This document shows positions 17,699 through 54,963 of a stretch of 64,000 bases of DNA, piece after piece; positions within the stretch are counted from its first letter, which is position 1; every line of letters starts with the position of its first letter. Location of the stretch: NCBI GenBank assembly GCA_964035545.1, contig OZ037770.1, positions 4,310,662 to 4,374,661 on the forward strand, in the 5' to 3' direction. The DNA is from Bugula neritina. Lineage: Eukaryota; Animalia; Bryozoa. The notes below the pieces were generated by a model. It was not told the origin of the DNA. It saw nothing but the letters and a program-made list of their open reading frames with translations, and made no database searches. A program made the translations under genes and the position numbers.

Positions 17699-20600
17699 AG
17701 GATTGCTCAATCTTAGTTTATTACAATCACATTATAATTATGAACTATAATCTAATGTGTATGCAAACAATTTTGACTTTGCAAAGATATGTGCCTAGAA
17801 AATAGCTTTTCAAAATTCCAATTTTGAGGGAGGTAAAATTTTCAGCCATGAAAAAGAATAGCCTAATACGTGACGTGTGAACGCCAGTAACTATGCTGCA
17901 CGTGCTAACTATAACGCTAGTATTCAAGGTTGCTGAGCACAACATCAACCAATTACGCTCAAGCAGTTACAGTGCGTTATATAGGTCAGCTTTGGTGTGC
18001 CCGTAACATTGCACAATCTGACCTAGTTTAGATCGATCGCAGGCATTCATCCTAAAGAATGCATGTTTTTGCAATGCTTTTTTTATGTTTACAAGCAAAA
18101 TATGGCCTAATGTTATTGCATACATGTTATTTAAAATGTCAAAAAACTATAGATTGAGATAATTCACATTCACAGTTGGTTTAAGGTCATTACTTTCCAG
18201 ATTCAGGCACTGCTTTATGTTATATATAAACGGTTTCCAGGAGATAGCTCGAACAGTTTTTGTCTCACATTAATAAATTTTACATGAAAAGATAGCTCTT
18301 GCATTCCTCTTTCATATACTTTTTTAATTTTTCAATAAAAAATTTTCTGAGAAAGTTGTTGCATAATAAGTAAAATTTTACACCCTCCATGTTCCACTGC
18401 TGTAGCACAGGGGATTCATTTTACAAAGTTTAAAAGTTAAACTTGACATTCCTTGATATGTTTTCTCTAATATAATTTCTTTGTTTTTTGAAATTCTGTT
18501 TATGCTCTTCACAATTTGGTAAAAACATACACCATTTTGCAAGTTTCACTGCAATTTTCTAAATTCTTCATATGGTGGTTCTAGCTACGCTCCTGTGACT
18601 AATTATAACATTCCTAGTACGTTTGCCGCTCTGCGCTATCACAATAACATATAGTACCCTCTCGCACAAATTGGCAATCTATTGGATTTCTGCCAATATA
18701 ATGTTCCCTGTTTTACTTTAGCACTCAGCTGAATCATCTCACTATGTTACAATAATATATTGAAAATGCCTCAGCACAACATAATTCTTTGTTTGTTTGG
18801 CAGAGTTAATTTCAGCTAAATCACTTCACTTTACAGTCTTGTCAGTAAAGGTCTGTCTATAGCGCAGCAGGTGTACTTTAAGTTTCTCTAATTCACATAT
18901 AATTATTTTAAGTACATTGTATTCTATAAGATCAATTTAAGGTTTAGTCCAGTGTTCAGTATCTAATTATTATGCATGTATGTTGTCTTACTGTTGAACA
19001 AAAGTTAAAAAAACTTTAGCCATATTTATTATACATGCGTAGGATTTGCATAAGTTGACAAAAAAAATTGCAACAAAACAGGGTTGAACCATGACCACCC
19101 AACTCGTCACTGACGCCTCTAACCTCTGGACCACGCAGACATCGTTATTGAGACGCGCACTATATGAGTCACTATCATTACATTAATATTTCGCGAGCAA
19201 ATGGGTTATAATTATTAGGCTGTCAATTCATGTTGATAGCAGTCAACTGTTGCAATAGTCTCGGGTTACTAGCAAAGCTAATGGTTTTGAACAAATAACC
19301 CAAAAGTTTAAAAATAAGTAGCTTGCGTATTACTAGCTACAAAAACAGGTGTGAAATAGACTGGTAAAGCAAGCTCTTATTGTAGAGTTTGCAGATGTGC
19401 TCTAAAATAAAACTTAAACTGTAGCTATTACATAAGTATTTGTATGCGAGAGATAAATGGACATTACTGAGTTTCTGGAAAACAACATACTTGAAGTTAA
19501 CTTTGACAATGGTGTGTTATTTTCATCATAGCTAGCCTATAGCATAAACCTCTAATCATATGAATCTTTATGAAGCCCACAGCTCATTTAAGGGTGGCAA
19601 TGTAATTTGAAACGAACAATTATGTTGCTGCATTGTGTCTAAGGTATATTAGAGAGCAGAATTTGGTTTTACTAGCCTACCCCAACGGCATTCTACAATG
19701 CAGCTTATATGCTGGCAGTTGTAATAAGTACTGCCAATAGCAAGGTTACTATCACTGCTAGCTCTGTGCAGTATGTAACCTCTTGAATAATTGCGCCAAT
19801 TTTAAACTCTTGGAAGTTGGCCAAGTTATCATATCACGGCCAGCCACTGGAGACAAAGCATCAGAGCTATTCATATAATATTATACTGATGCACTTGGTA
19901 GCAGAGTGGCTAATCTAATATAGTTCATAGTTCAACACCCTTTACTTTGGGAATACAGCCTCTTTTTTAGGTTTACCTAACAAAGCATGAAAATATCTAA
20001 ACTGATATTCTGATAATTTAGAGGTACATTTTGAAAACTAGGTTAATTGCACTTGTTTGCACAACAACAATAATAAAATAGATATTATGCAGTATAATAA
20101 AAACACACATAATACTATATAATATATTATAATGATAATAATATAATATTACAAGTACCATTACTGCATTTTATAACTAGGATGGTTGCCAAAAAAATGT
20201 TTCACAAATTCTGTAATTATACATCAAAAATAGAACTAGCTAGGCAGCAGGTTAGAATAGAGTAAATTTTTAAAACATAAAATCATGATTTGACTATTGT
20301 TTTATTTAGGCCAACCAACTTAGGAATACAAGATTGGGTTTTAGCTGACAGTTTATAACATTTAGCTTTTGAGCCAGCAACACTGGCACTTGTGAAGTAT
20401 AGGCAAAGTTAGTGAAGCGAGACTAACAAGCACTAAAATACAAGGCATATTGAGACACAATAACAAGTCAGGAGCGTATAAATTAAAAAGAATGTGGAAG
20501 GGGGACTATGTTTTTCAACAAGCTATAACTTAAACATGAATTGGCTTTTGAAAAAAATAAAAAAGTATATTGGAGAACATAAGTTTCTTTATCTTTTCAT

Positions 20601-21016
20601 ATTTTTTTTGTTCCTGTGACATTCAACGTGTTCGAGCTATCAGTGGAACATTGTTCATATAGAACATAAAGCACCTGGCAAAGAGCCAGAAAATGAAAAG
20701 TATGACCTTAAACTAACTGTGTTTGCACTTCTATAAATATACAAATTACGAGCTGAAAGATCACATCTCACAGTCATATTTCTATAGTTATTCATGTGTA
20801 TAGTCACGTGACCAGCAGGAATGCTGGCGCTGTTACGTCACATTTCCCAGCTCATTTCAAAATCGCCGTTTTGGATGTTACCAATCTACACCCTCAACTT
20901 CAACTAACTTTTTCTACCTTTGGTGAAATGCTTTTTGTCAATGCATGCTTAGAAAAACACAACATTATGTGTGTTTGACCTAAATGGCCATTTATTAGAC
21001 AAGATAGAGCAATCCT
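17699..21016. mobile_element. Non-autonomous TTAA-target DNA transposon, Kolobok/T2-like (AGG...CCT ends)
   Basis: TTAA|AGGATTGCTCAATCTT ... AAGATAGAGCAATCCT|TTAA. Removing it restores the Penelope sequence GGATTCCTTTAAATGAATG seen near 33796. Confidence 0.85.
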
Positions 21017-21169
21017 TTAAATGAATGATTTACAACTGTTACATTTTCTATTGATATGTTTCCATGATTAGTGGTGGAGAGGTGTTGATAAATTTTGGAA
21101 TTGATGTCATGGCAGTGTTCATGTATCCTGTGTGATAGGCGACGCTCCTAATAAAGTAATAAATCAACA

Positions 21170-21213
21170 ATGTTTCTCGTATACCTATTTATAGTCAAAT
21201 TGCTAGCTCGTAA

Positions 21214-21284
<71 letters not shown>

Positions 21285-22654
21285 AGCTACAAATGCGACC
21301 AATAATTTCTAACATAGGCACTGCATCATACCAACTTGCGAAATACCTGGCCAAAATGCTAAAACCACTTAGTGAATCTGAAAGTAATATCGAATCAACC
21401 GATAGTTTTCTTACATATATACGGCAACTTTATATTTCAGCAAACCATCAACTGATATCATTTGATGTTGTTTCCCTCTTTACTTCTGTACCACTTGACT
21501 ACACGATTTCAGCAATCATAAATGATATTTATGAGAAACAACGAATCCAAACAACTATACCAAAGAAGAAAATGATAAACTTACTCACCCTTTGTACAAA
21601 ACAAGTTCACTTTACTTTCAACGACATCATTTATACACAGACGGATGGTGTTGCTATGGGATCTCCTCTAGGACCAATAATTGCAAATATATTCATGACA
21701 AAACTAGAACAGAAAGTAATACCAAAGTTGAATTCAATGTCACCTTGGGTGAGATACATAGATGACACATTTGCAACAAAAGACCCTGATTATATTAACA
21801 CAACACTCAACACACTTAATAATTTTCATCCTAACATAAAATTTACTCACGAACTAGAAACCAATAAATCACTTTCTTTTCTAGATGTTACAGTTTTGCG
21901 ACACAATAGCTCAGTGGAAACCACAGTATTCCGCAAACCAACACATAACGATACATATTTACATTGGAACTCTTTCTCACTAAAAACGTGGAAGCTAAGC
22001 ACACTCAAGTCACTAGTATTAAGGGCTAATAAAATCTGTTCTACTCCAGCACTTAAGACCCAAGAACTAAACTATATTCGAAATGTTTTTGAACATAAAA
22101 ATGGTTACCCTAAATATGTAATAGAGAAAACTATTAACAACATTGGTGACGGACTACTCAGTGAAAAAGACAACAGGAAACACATTTTACTTCAGCTGCC
22201 TTATAAAGGAGTAACAGGAGAAAAACTAATCCGCTCCCTCAATAAATTAATTACAGACTCTTTTTCAAATGAACTCAATGCCCGGATTTTATTTAAAGGA
22301 ACCCCCTTAAGTTCACATTTTAATCTCAAAGATAAAACCAATAAAGAACACATTCACAACCTAGTCTACAAAATAACCTGCCCTGAAGCTACCTGTCAAC
22401 AAACATATGTAGGCGAAACCGGACGTCGCCTATCACACAGGATACATGAACACTACCATGACATCAATTCCAAAATTTATCAACACATCTCTACTACTAA
22501 TCATGGAAACATATCAATAGACAATGTAACAGTTTTAAATCATTCATTTAAAGGAATCCACCATCGAAAAGTAGCCGAAGCTCTCTACATTAAACAAATA
22601 AAACCGCAACTCAATAAACAAAATTACTCCATACCACTAAAACTATATCAATAG
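21170..22654 (+). pseudogene. Penelope RT-GIY-YIG ORF with ~1 kb deleted and replaced in frame by (TA)n
   Basis: SFDVVSLFT, GVAMGSPLGP and RYIDD (RT); LVYKITC...YVGETGR...RIHEH (GIY-YIG). Confidence 0.88.
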
Positions 22655-22900
22655 CCCCACACTACTCAACTCTCACATAGTTTCACTAATTCTTGCTGTT
22701 TTTATATTTGGATATCTATTTTTTTTTTGTCAACTCTAATTTATTTTTTATGCAAAAAAATCAGTATAATTTTTGACCTGCGTAATATATAAAATACGAT
22801 TATCTCCCTTAAGTTTCAATAATTTACAATAACTGCCACTCTCTATTCTTTGTGTCATGCGTAACGTCTAACATAACATATTAATTTTTGAATTTCATTC

Positions 22901-22949
22901 ATTGCTACTCTGAAGATGGGTACAGTGGTACCCAAAATATCAGTGTAAT
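22901..22949 (+). ncRNA. Hammerhead ribozyme with core GAAA mutated to AAAA (probably inactive)
   Basis: CUGAAGA-U-GGGUAC-AGUG-GUACCC-AAAA; A at 22934 where the other copies have G. Confidence 0.7.
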
Positions 22950-23031
22950 TACTTTACCTAATAAAGTAATAAATAACAATGTTTCTCGTATACCTATTTA
23001 TAATCAAATTGCTAGCTCGTAAAGATATATT

Positions 23032-23127
<96 letters not shown>

Positions 23128-24176
23128 AAACTAAGTGTATAGAACAGCCTAACAAAAGCTCTTCAGAAAACTGAGCTAACTCCAGAAGTGTATTGTTATT
23201 ACAAACACAGCACTATAAATGTCTCAGGTAATATATGATTTGACAGTTTATGATATCATATGCAAGATTTTATAAATGAGAAGTTTTTTTTTCTATATCT
23301 ACTAGGAAAGATAGAATAATTGATAAATGCAGTGCAATGCATTGTTAAACAAAATTCTTACAGCAAGGCCACACAAAACAAAATGTTATATGTTTTCTAG
23401 TTAAAACTGTTGATCTGCAAGAAAAAAGAAATTTTCTGAGTACTAAAATTAGAAATATTCAAGAATATACCACAGCAATATCAACAATTGTATCAAAATA
23501 ACTAAAACAAAAAGCAAACACATTTTTTGCTGAATAATGTTTTTCATCTCTTTAGCAGTATTTGTTAATTATTAGGTTTTTAGATTGTTGGCATAACAAA
23601 TTTTGCTTGTATTTCAAACGCTTTGGCGGCTGTCTGTCGTATGAGAATCCCACTTATGAGTTTGTGGCTTGTCTGTCTCATTATTACTGCTCTCTTGCTG
23701 TTGGATCCCGTAGTTGCTGGCTGCAGACATTTGGATTTTATGCTTGTCATCTGGTTGCTGCTCTACTTTCAAACAAGCCCTACAATTTTATTATACACCA
23801 TGTTATGATTGACGGTTTTAGCTAACTACTCATTATAAAGAGTTGCTCATAAGTTAAAGACCAACCTGACTGCTGCGATTAATCGTTTATCTACTTTAAT
23901 GTAATTACATTGTGAAAATACAATTTTGAAAAATAGATATAATTTACAGAAGTTTGCAGTTGCAATATTATTTATTCAGGGCAAGAAGTTGAGCATTTTA
24001 AATGGTACATCTTCAATGCATTTGGCTTTGATACCAAATGTTATAGCCTGAGTCTTGATGTGGGCCACATCTTTCAGACCTTCAGGACCCAATTCGGTAT
24101 GACCACTCGGGACGCCGGAGACAAGCTGCAGATTTTAGGAGGGACTGTAAGACGACTCTCTAGGACAACCTCAACC

Positions 24177-24549
<373 letters not shown>

Positions 24550-24678
24550 GTATGCTGATTGTCAATCTAGTTGGAGTTCCAGCAAAGTAAAGTGCTCGAT
24601 ATCACGGGTGACAGAGCTAATATAATGTAGTGTGTTCAGATTGTTAATGATACATATATATTTTATTTAAAAAATCTT

Positions 24679-24723
24679 ACACGACTATATAGTTTCGTGC
24701 AGTAAACTGCACTCCTCAGGTGT
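24679..24723 (-). ncRNA. Hammerhead ribozyme (family 2)
   Basis: CAC-CUGAGGA-GUGCAG-UUUA-CUGCAC-GAAAC-UAUAUA-GUC-GUG. Confidence 0.85.
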
Positions 24724-25384
24724 TAGACTAAAAATAAATAAAATCTATGAAGCATACCAATTATTCAAATTTTTACATAAAGAAAACTATCATGCTAAAC
24801 ACAACGTAAAACGAAATGCAAACATAGTAGTGGATTTGGTGTTATCTATTAATTAATTAAATTGTTCTTTTTCTAAAGGATTAAACTATAAAACCTAGAT
24901 GTTTGATGGAAAGGCTAATTTATAATAGGTAGTACTATGGTTGAGAGTTGTTAGTATTGTTATGTGATGTTGCCCAGGTAGTGCTTACGTGCATGTCTGC
25001 ATGTGGATAGAATTTCATTTCTGTTGTTAAGGGAAGATTTGCTGGGCTGGTATATTATGAAATATTTTTCCCATAGGCAGAGGTTGCATCTTTTAGTGGC
25101 TTTGTTGTATGAATTGGTCTTTTTCATAATTTTCCATGATATGTCAAAATGGGTGTTCTTGTCTTTTAGTTTCCAGATATATTTGCTCAATTCAGTATGG
25201 TTCTTTTTTGTTTTGTTGTTAAAAGTTGATTTGTGGTTATAAAATCTTTAATTAATTAATAGATAACACCAAATCCACTACTATGTTTGCATTTCGTTTT
25301 ACGTTGTGTTTAGCATGATAGTTTTCTTTATGTAAAAATTTGAATAATCGGTATGCTTCATAGATTTTGTTTATTTTTAGTCTA

Positions 25385-25429
25385 ACACCTGAGGAGTGCA
25401 GTTTACTGCACGAAACTATATAGTCGTGT
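25385..25429 (+). ncRNA. Hammerhead ribozyme (family 2)
   Basis: Inverted copy of 24679-24723 with an intact core. Confidence 0.85.
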
Positions 25430-25481
25430 AAGATTTTTTAAATAAAATATATATGTATCATTAACAATCTGAACACACTAC

Positions 25482-25626
<145 letters not shown>

Positions 25627-25627
25627 G

Positions 25628-25798
<171 letters not shown>

Positions 25799-25820
25799 GG
25801 AGTGCCAAATGGTCAAAAAT

Positions 25821-26120
25821 TGCTTATTATTGCATCTCATATGCTTATAATAAAGTATCTAACCATTATTCCCTCTCATATGCTCACAAAATGCTCTCAC
25901 AGGTCTATGATTTGCTGTCATACCCTTATTATTTGTGCTCTTAGGTCTATTATTTGGTCTCACACTGTCATTATTCATTCCCATACCCTTATTTCTCCTC
26001 CTTTTATGCTCATTATTCAGTCCCATACCTCCATTATGCACTCTCATACCCCTATTATTTGCTCTGTTATAGACATTATTCACTCTCTTATGCTTATTAT
26101 TCTCTCTCATACTCCTATTA
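25821..26120. repeat. Degenerate 21-bp minisatellite (ATTATTnnCTCTCATAnnCnn-like)
   Basis: Visible 7-codon periodicity (IIxSHxx) in the ORF track. Confidence 0.65.
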
Positions 26121-26339
26121 CTGTCTTGATTTTGCGCTTGATTCTGACTCACTAGTATTTGTGTACACGTCACAATAGTTGAGTATATGCCAGTCTATTC
26201 GGGTCACACTACTAAGCTCCACCCCATTTATCAAATCTGATTGGATAACTGCAATGACACCAAGAGTAATAATAAATGCTGGGTGGGTGCCTAGGTTTAG
26301 TTATCCATTCTTCATTCATAAGTATCAGTATAGGAGTGA

Positions 26340-26487
<148 letters not shown>

Positions 26488-26613
26488 TGTAAAGTTTTCA
26501 CATAGCATAATTATTTCAAGTGTGAAAGCAGCATAACGTAATGAATATCTAACAGTTTATTAAGCATTCAGCGTTGCGTTTAGCGTAACATTCCACTCAA
26601 ATGGATTATCACA

Positions 26614-50004
<23,391 letters not shown>

Positions 50005-51539
50005 GACTTGTCAAGATTGATTCGACCTCAAAATAGTCTGTTGCTCTTTGGTTTCAGAGGTTTGATGATCTAGTTACAATTTGACTGTTGTATTCTTTTT
50101 GTAGCTGCTCTTTTGTTGTACTATCTAAAATCAAATAATAATTATTAGTTAGTAAGCTTGGCAGTCTTGCACTTATAATTATTGCAATACTATACTATGC
50201 TGGCTTAGGAGCTTCAAATGCATATAAAGTTGATAGCAGTTTGCAGTACCTGTTTCTATTCATTAGGTTATAACTATGGTAGACTGTGAGCCACATTTGA
50301 TTCATTTTACTTCTTTTAGTACACAACAGCAAAATATGACCTAACATTAAAGTTTGCTCAGAGATAATTTACCATGAGTGGTATATTTACGTGCTGGTTC
50401 TAATTTTGCATAACAAAAAAGACTGGGAGGAGATTCTCCAACATTAAAGCGCACCTCATTGTTATATGCACTTAATATATATATGTGACCGTCCGCATAT
50501 CGAAATTAGCTAAATAATTAGGAAAGAACATAGGAAATATTAAGCAAAGTTAAAAATAACCTTGATTATTTAGTTGCATTTATTGATATGCTATCAGCTT
50601 TGAGCAAAAACCCATGTTCATTTATAGCAGCTAAATTGTGAAAAATAGCTATAAACTGGAGATTTCGAGTCTGTACTAAATTAAGTGAAATGATACATTT
50701 ACTATAAAAACTAGCCAAGAGTATGTGTAGTCAATATATTGCGTGAACAACGTTGAGCCTTACCTTTAGCAGGATCAATGTAAGCTGTTGATATTTGTCA
50801 CTTGCTAGTCAGCACCGGCTAGTTTCCCGTCGTCATTTCTACACCCAAATGAATATTTAAATGCAACTTAAAATATTGGCATAGGAATCAATGGCTTAAT
50901 GATTTGGTATTGTTCCTGTCACTATGTAGCAGTAACAAAAAGTGCATACATTTACTATTTTCTATGTCAAATGCATAGCAATGTACACAACAACTAATAT
51001 TTTCTTTTATAGGTTCTTTCAGTTTTGCCAGTTAATTTCAATAATGACTTCTTTGAAAAAAGAACAATGAACAATAATTGTAACCAAAAGGGAATGCTAT
51101 ATGCTGTTAATATTTTTTGTGAAACAATACTACCTAATGAATTTAATTGTAATGTAATCAAATGCACACCTAAAGAGTTAACTGTTTCATAACAGCTTTG
51201 TTGGCTTTTCTAGCAACTACAAGCTTATCAGAGTAGGTTTATAAATTTAAAAGATATCTCGTGAGTGTAGTTATTAGTATTTTATTTTAACTTTTAGCAC
51301 TTTGCTCACAAAGTTATACTGTGAAGTCTAACTAAAAATACACATAATATAATCCTATATTAGTGCAAAAAATATGATTTATGAAAAGACATGCACTCTT
51401 ATAGAAATTATTAAAGTAGACAACGACATTACCGCATAATAGTGCACTAAAAATAATGTCAGCCATCTTATCAAAGATAGAACAAATGTAATAATATTGC
51501 AGCATCAAGACACACAAATAATTGAGAGTGCAGAATAAG

Positions 51540-51940
51540 CTTTGGCAGTCTGGTGCTATCTAGTCTGTTAACATGACTCGTCTATCTGAGGCATCTGCTG
51601 ATGAGAATGCTATACATATGCTAGGCAAGGAAGTTGTTTTCATGATAATTTATATCTGTCTAAGGTGTCTCATCACGAATGCACTAAGTTTATAAGCTGT
51701 AACTTTGTACACCACTCATGATTTGGCACCCCAAAAAGAGCTGATGAAACAATACAGCACTTTTGATCTTGATGGTAATATCCCTATTGTCTCACACACG
51801 TTCTTTGGACCTCCCAAAGCCTTCGAGGCATTGGTCATGTGTAACTTTAGTTCAGTGTCAAGCTTGCTGTTGTTGGTGACAGTTGTTCCAAGATACTTGA
51901 CCCTGCTAACTGTGGCAAAGTTTTCTCAATCAATATAACA
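51540..51940 (-). mobile_element. Degraded LINE (RTE-like) RT C-terminal fragment
   Basis: The minus strand reads VKYLGTTVT...LDTEL...NASKAFG. Confidence 0.5.
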
Positions 51941-51944
51941 TTCA

Positions 51945-54351
51945 CACCGGCTCATGGAGCAGGTCCTCAGTGGGTTACACTGGAAGACCCTCCTCATCTA
52001 TCTGGACAATGTCATTGTCATCTCCCCAGACTTTTCGACTCATGTCAGTCGTCTGCGGGAGGTCTTTGACCGTCTTCGGGCAGCTGGACTGAAGCTGAAG
52101 CCCTCCAAGTGTGCACTCCTGCAGCCGGATGTCACGTACCTGGGCCATGTGGTGGGCCGTGATGGGGTCGCTACCGACCCAGAGAAGGTACAGGCTGTGA
52201 AGGAGTGGGCTGTCCCATTTGACCTCTCTGAGTTGCGCCTTCCTGGGCCTAGTAGGGTACTACCGGCAGTACATACCTGGCTTCGCAGGAGTGGCTCAGC
52301 CGTTAAATCGGCTGACCGCAAAGGGGGTCCAGTGGCAGTGGACGCAGGAGGAGCAGCAGGCATTCGACCACCTCAAGCAGCGTCTAATGGAGGCGCCAAT
52401 TCTGGCGTATCCTGATCCAGCCCAGGAGTACATCCTGGATACCGACGCCAGCGACCACAGCGTGGGAGCTGTCCTGTCTCAAGTCCAAGATGGAAGTGAG
52501 GTGGTCGTGGCTTACTACAGCAAGACTCTCGCGGCCGCCGAGAAAAACTACTGCACCACTAGGAACTCCTAGCAGTAGTCAAGGCGGTCAAGCACTTTCG
52601 GCCATATCTGTATGGGAGAACGTTCCGTTTGCGAACAGACCATGCATCACTGATATGGCTGTGTAAACGTGCGGAGCCCTCGAGCCAGGTAGCTCGTTGG
52701 CTGGAGATTCTTGCCGAGTTCTCTTACCGGATAGAGCACCGTGCTGGCCGGAAGCACGGGAACGCCGACGGCATGAGCCGCCGGCCGGTAGAGGACTGTA
52801 AGCAATGCCTACACATTGAGAAGTGGGACGGGGGACCCGCTCGCCTTGACGTGGAAACAGAATTAGGGGAGGGCGCCGTCTATCGGTGGAAGCACGGCCA
52901 TCTTCAGACTGAAACCCACTCAGACGACGTCCAGGCGCTCCACGCCAACCCCACTCTGTACCAGAATGTCAAGGAGCTGTGCCGACTCCAGGAGACGCTA
53001 CCCGGCGCCGTAGCGGTCATTTCCCGGGTCAAGAAGGAAGGCCGACAACCTAGCGAGGAACAGCAGCGGCAGGGAGACGTTGAGTTCCAATTCCTCTGTC
53101 GTCGCTGGCATGCCCTCAAGGTCAGTCCTGATGGCCTCCTGATGATAACGTTAGCAGCAGACAACTGTCAGCAGGAGAGGGACCGCGTCGTCTGTCCACG
53201 AGCTCTCCGACGAGAACTGATCTGGGACACCCATAAGCAGGCTTATTATGGAATCAGTCGGGTCATCAGGTGTCTGGGGCTGCGTTGGTATTGGCTCGGA
53301 ATGACTCGGGACGTACAACTGCGGGTACGGCAATGCGAGGTCTGCCAGGCTAGCAAGCATGGCCACCCCACGGAAACCACTGGTCGACGCCGGCTATACG
53401 CTGGTCGACCGTGGCAAGTAGTGGCGGTAGACCTCGTCGGGCCTATGCCGTTATCCGCCAGAGGGAACACTTGGATACTGGTGCTCAGGGATCACTTTAC
53501 CAAGTGGGCAGATGCTCTGGCTATTCCAGACGCAACAGCCCCCACGGTGGCCCGGACCCTGGACCAACATGTGTTCTGTTACCTCGGTTTACCCGAGCAG
53601 ATACATACGGGCCAGGGTGCCCAGTTCCAGCACCAGTTCCAGCACCAGCAGTGCCTATACAGCAGGAAAGGAGTCAGGGGCCAGAAGGCCACCAGATATC
53701 TGGCGGACTATCACGTGGGACACATGGAGATGTCCCCACAGAGGAGTGGTACACCCAGTACGGGTAAAAACTCCGAGCCTCAGTTGCAGGACAGCCCTGG
53801 CAGTACAGGACTTCTCCAAAAGTAACTACCCCCAGACCAGCACAGTCACTTGGACAACAGGTACCCAGCTCTTTCGGGTAATGTTGGCCAAGATAGGTGG
53901 CGATACCCTATACCTACGACTGACTTGGACTCCCCTCCAAAACAGGATGATGAGGCCACCACCCTACTACCCGCCCAGCTGATTGGAAATGGCGCTACCG
54001 CAGCCACCACCCAGCCTCTACGGGTAGCGTTGGCAAGACTGGGCAAGGAGCCTGGAGCACCAGGCAGCAAGATAGAAGAGAAGACCCAGCCGACCCACTC
54101 ACAATTGCCCCGTCGCGGGCAGAGTATAGCACTTCCTTACCGAGAGTGCGTCCTAGATAGTGCAATCCAGGCCTGGTCCCGTATCCTCGACCCAAGTACA
54201 GAAGAGATAGAAAGCCTGATGCACCACCTCCAATAATAAAACCGGACAATTAGGGGCCGCTGGCAATAGCCACCTAAACTGTATATATTATCGTGTTACG
54301 TGTGATTAATCATAATACTTTTTTGTTAACCGCATATTTTTCTACGTTTGT
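51945..54351 (+). mobile_element. Gypsy fragment C (RT, RNase H, truncated integrase; same group as A and B); its 3' UTR continues at 61134-61200
   Basis: LIYLDNV, LDTDAS and AVDLVGP; purine tract GGGGAGAGAA then TG at 61201 may start its 3' LTR. Confidence 0.8.
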
Positions 54352-54963
54352 TGGAATATAATGTAGCTGATAGTATTAGCAGGTTAGCAGACGCTAACTA
54401 GACCTCATTGGAAACCGGACTGACTTGCCTTACCAGCGATCGGATTAACGACCAGCCTACCAGCTGGCTTGGAAACTAGACTACGGAAACAAGTAAACCA
54501 CGAGGAGCCGGCACTCTTAAACTGACTGTCAAGTAAGTCGAACGTTATATTTCATGGCGCAGTCAGCAGGATACTGACAGTTGAGAGCAGCAGAGAGATT
54601 ATCAGTAATAGAGGAGAGTTTATTCAGAGAGATTAAAATAACAATTATTTGAGGAGTAACGAGTGAGGGTATAAATAAGAGTTAAGGCTATTTAGAGATA
54701 TCGTGAGGGAGAGTGATTTTCATTTTGATTTTGATTTAGAGGTGCTGGTGAGAGTTGAGGGGTAGATTGTATTTAGAGTAAAATTTAGAGAAGTGGTTAG
54801 TGGAATATCGTTATTATTATTCGTAATTCGGTTTAAATATTAAATTTGATTAAATTAAATTTAATATTGGGTATAAGGATTAACTAAGAATTACTGAGCT
54901 TTCTGATACTGATAGTGATAATTAAAATTTTAAATTTTATATCACGCTCACATTCAGATCATA

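Larger units (their letters stand above)
16481..23036 (+). mobile_element. Penelope-like element, family 1, copy 1: inverted 3' segment (16481-21146, interrupted twice) plus internally deleted body (21147-23036)
   Basis: RT plus GIY-YIG ORF, pseudo-LTR with hammerhead, upstream inverted copy of the 3' end, (TA)n at both ends; near-identical to 33325-36632. Confidence 0.9.

Noticed and set aside
19075-19140. tRNA-like box pattern on the minus strand
   Set aside because: Cannot be folded into a full cloverleaf; at most a decayed SINE or tRNA fragment.
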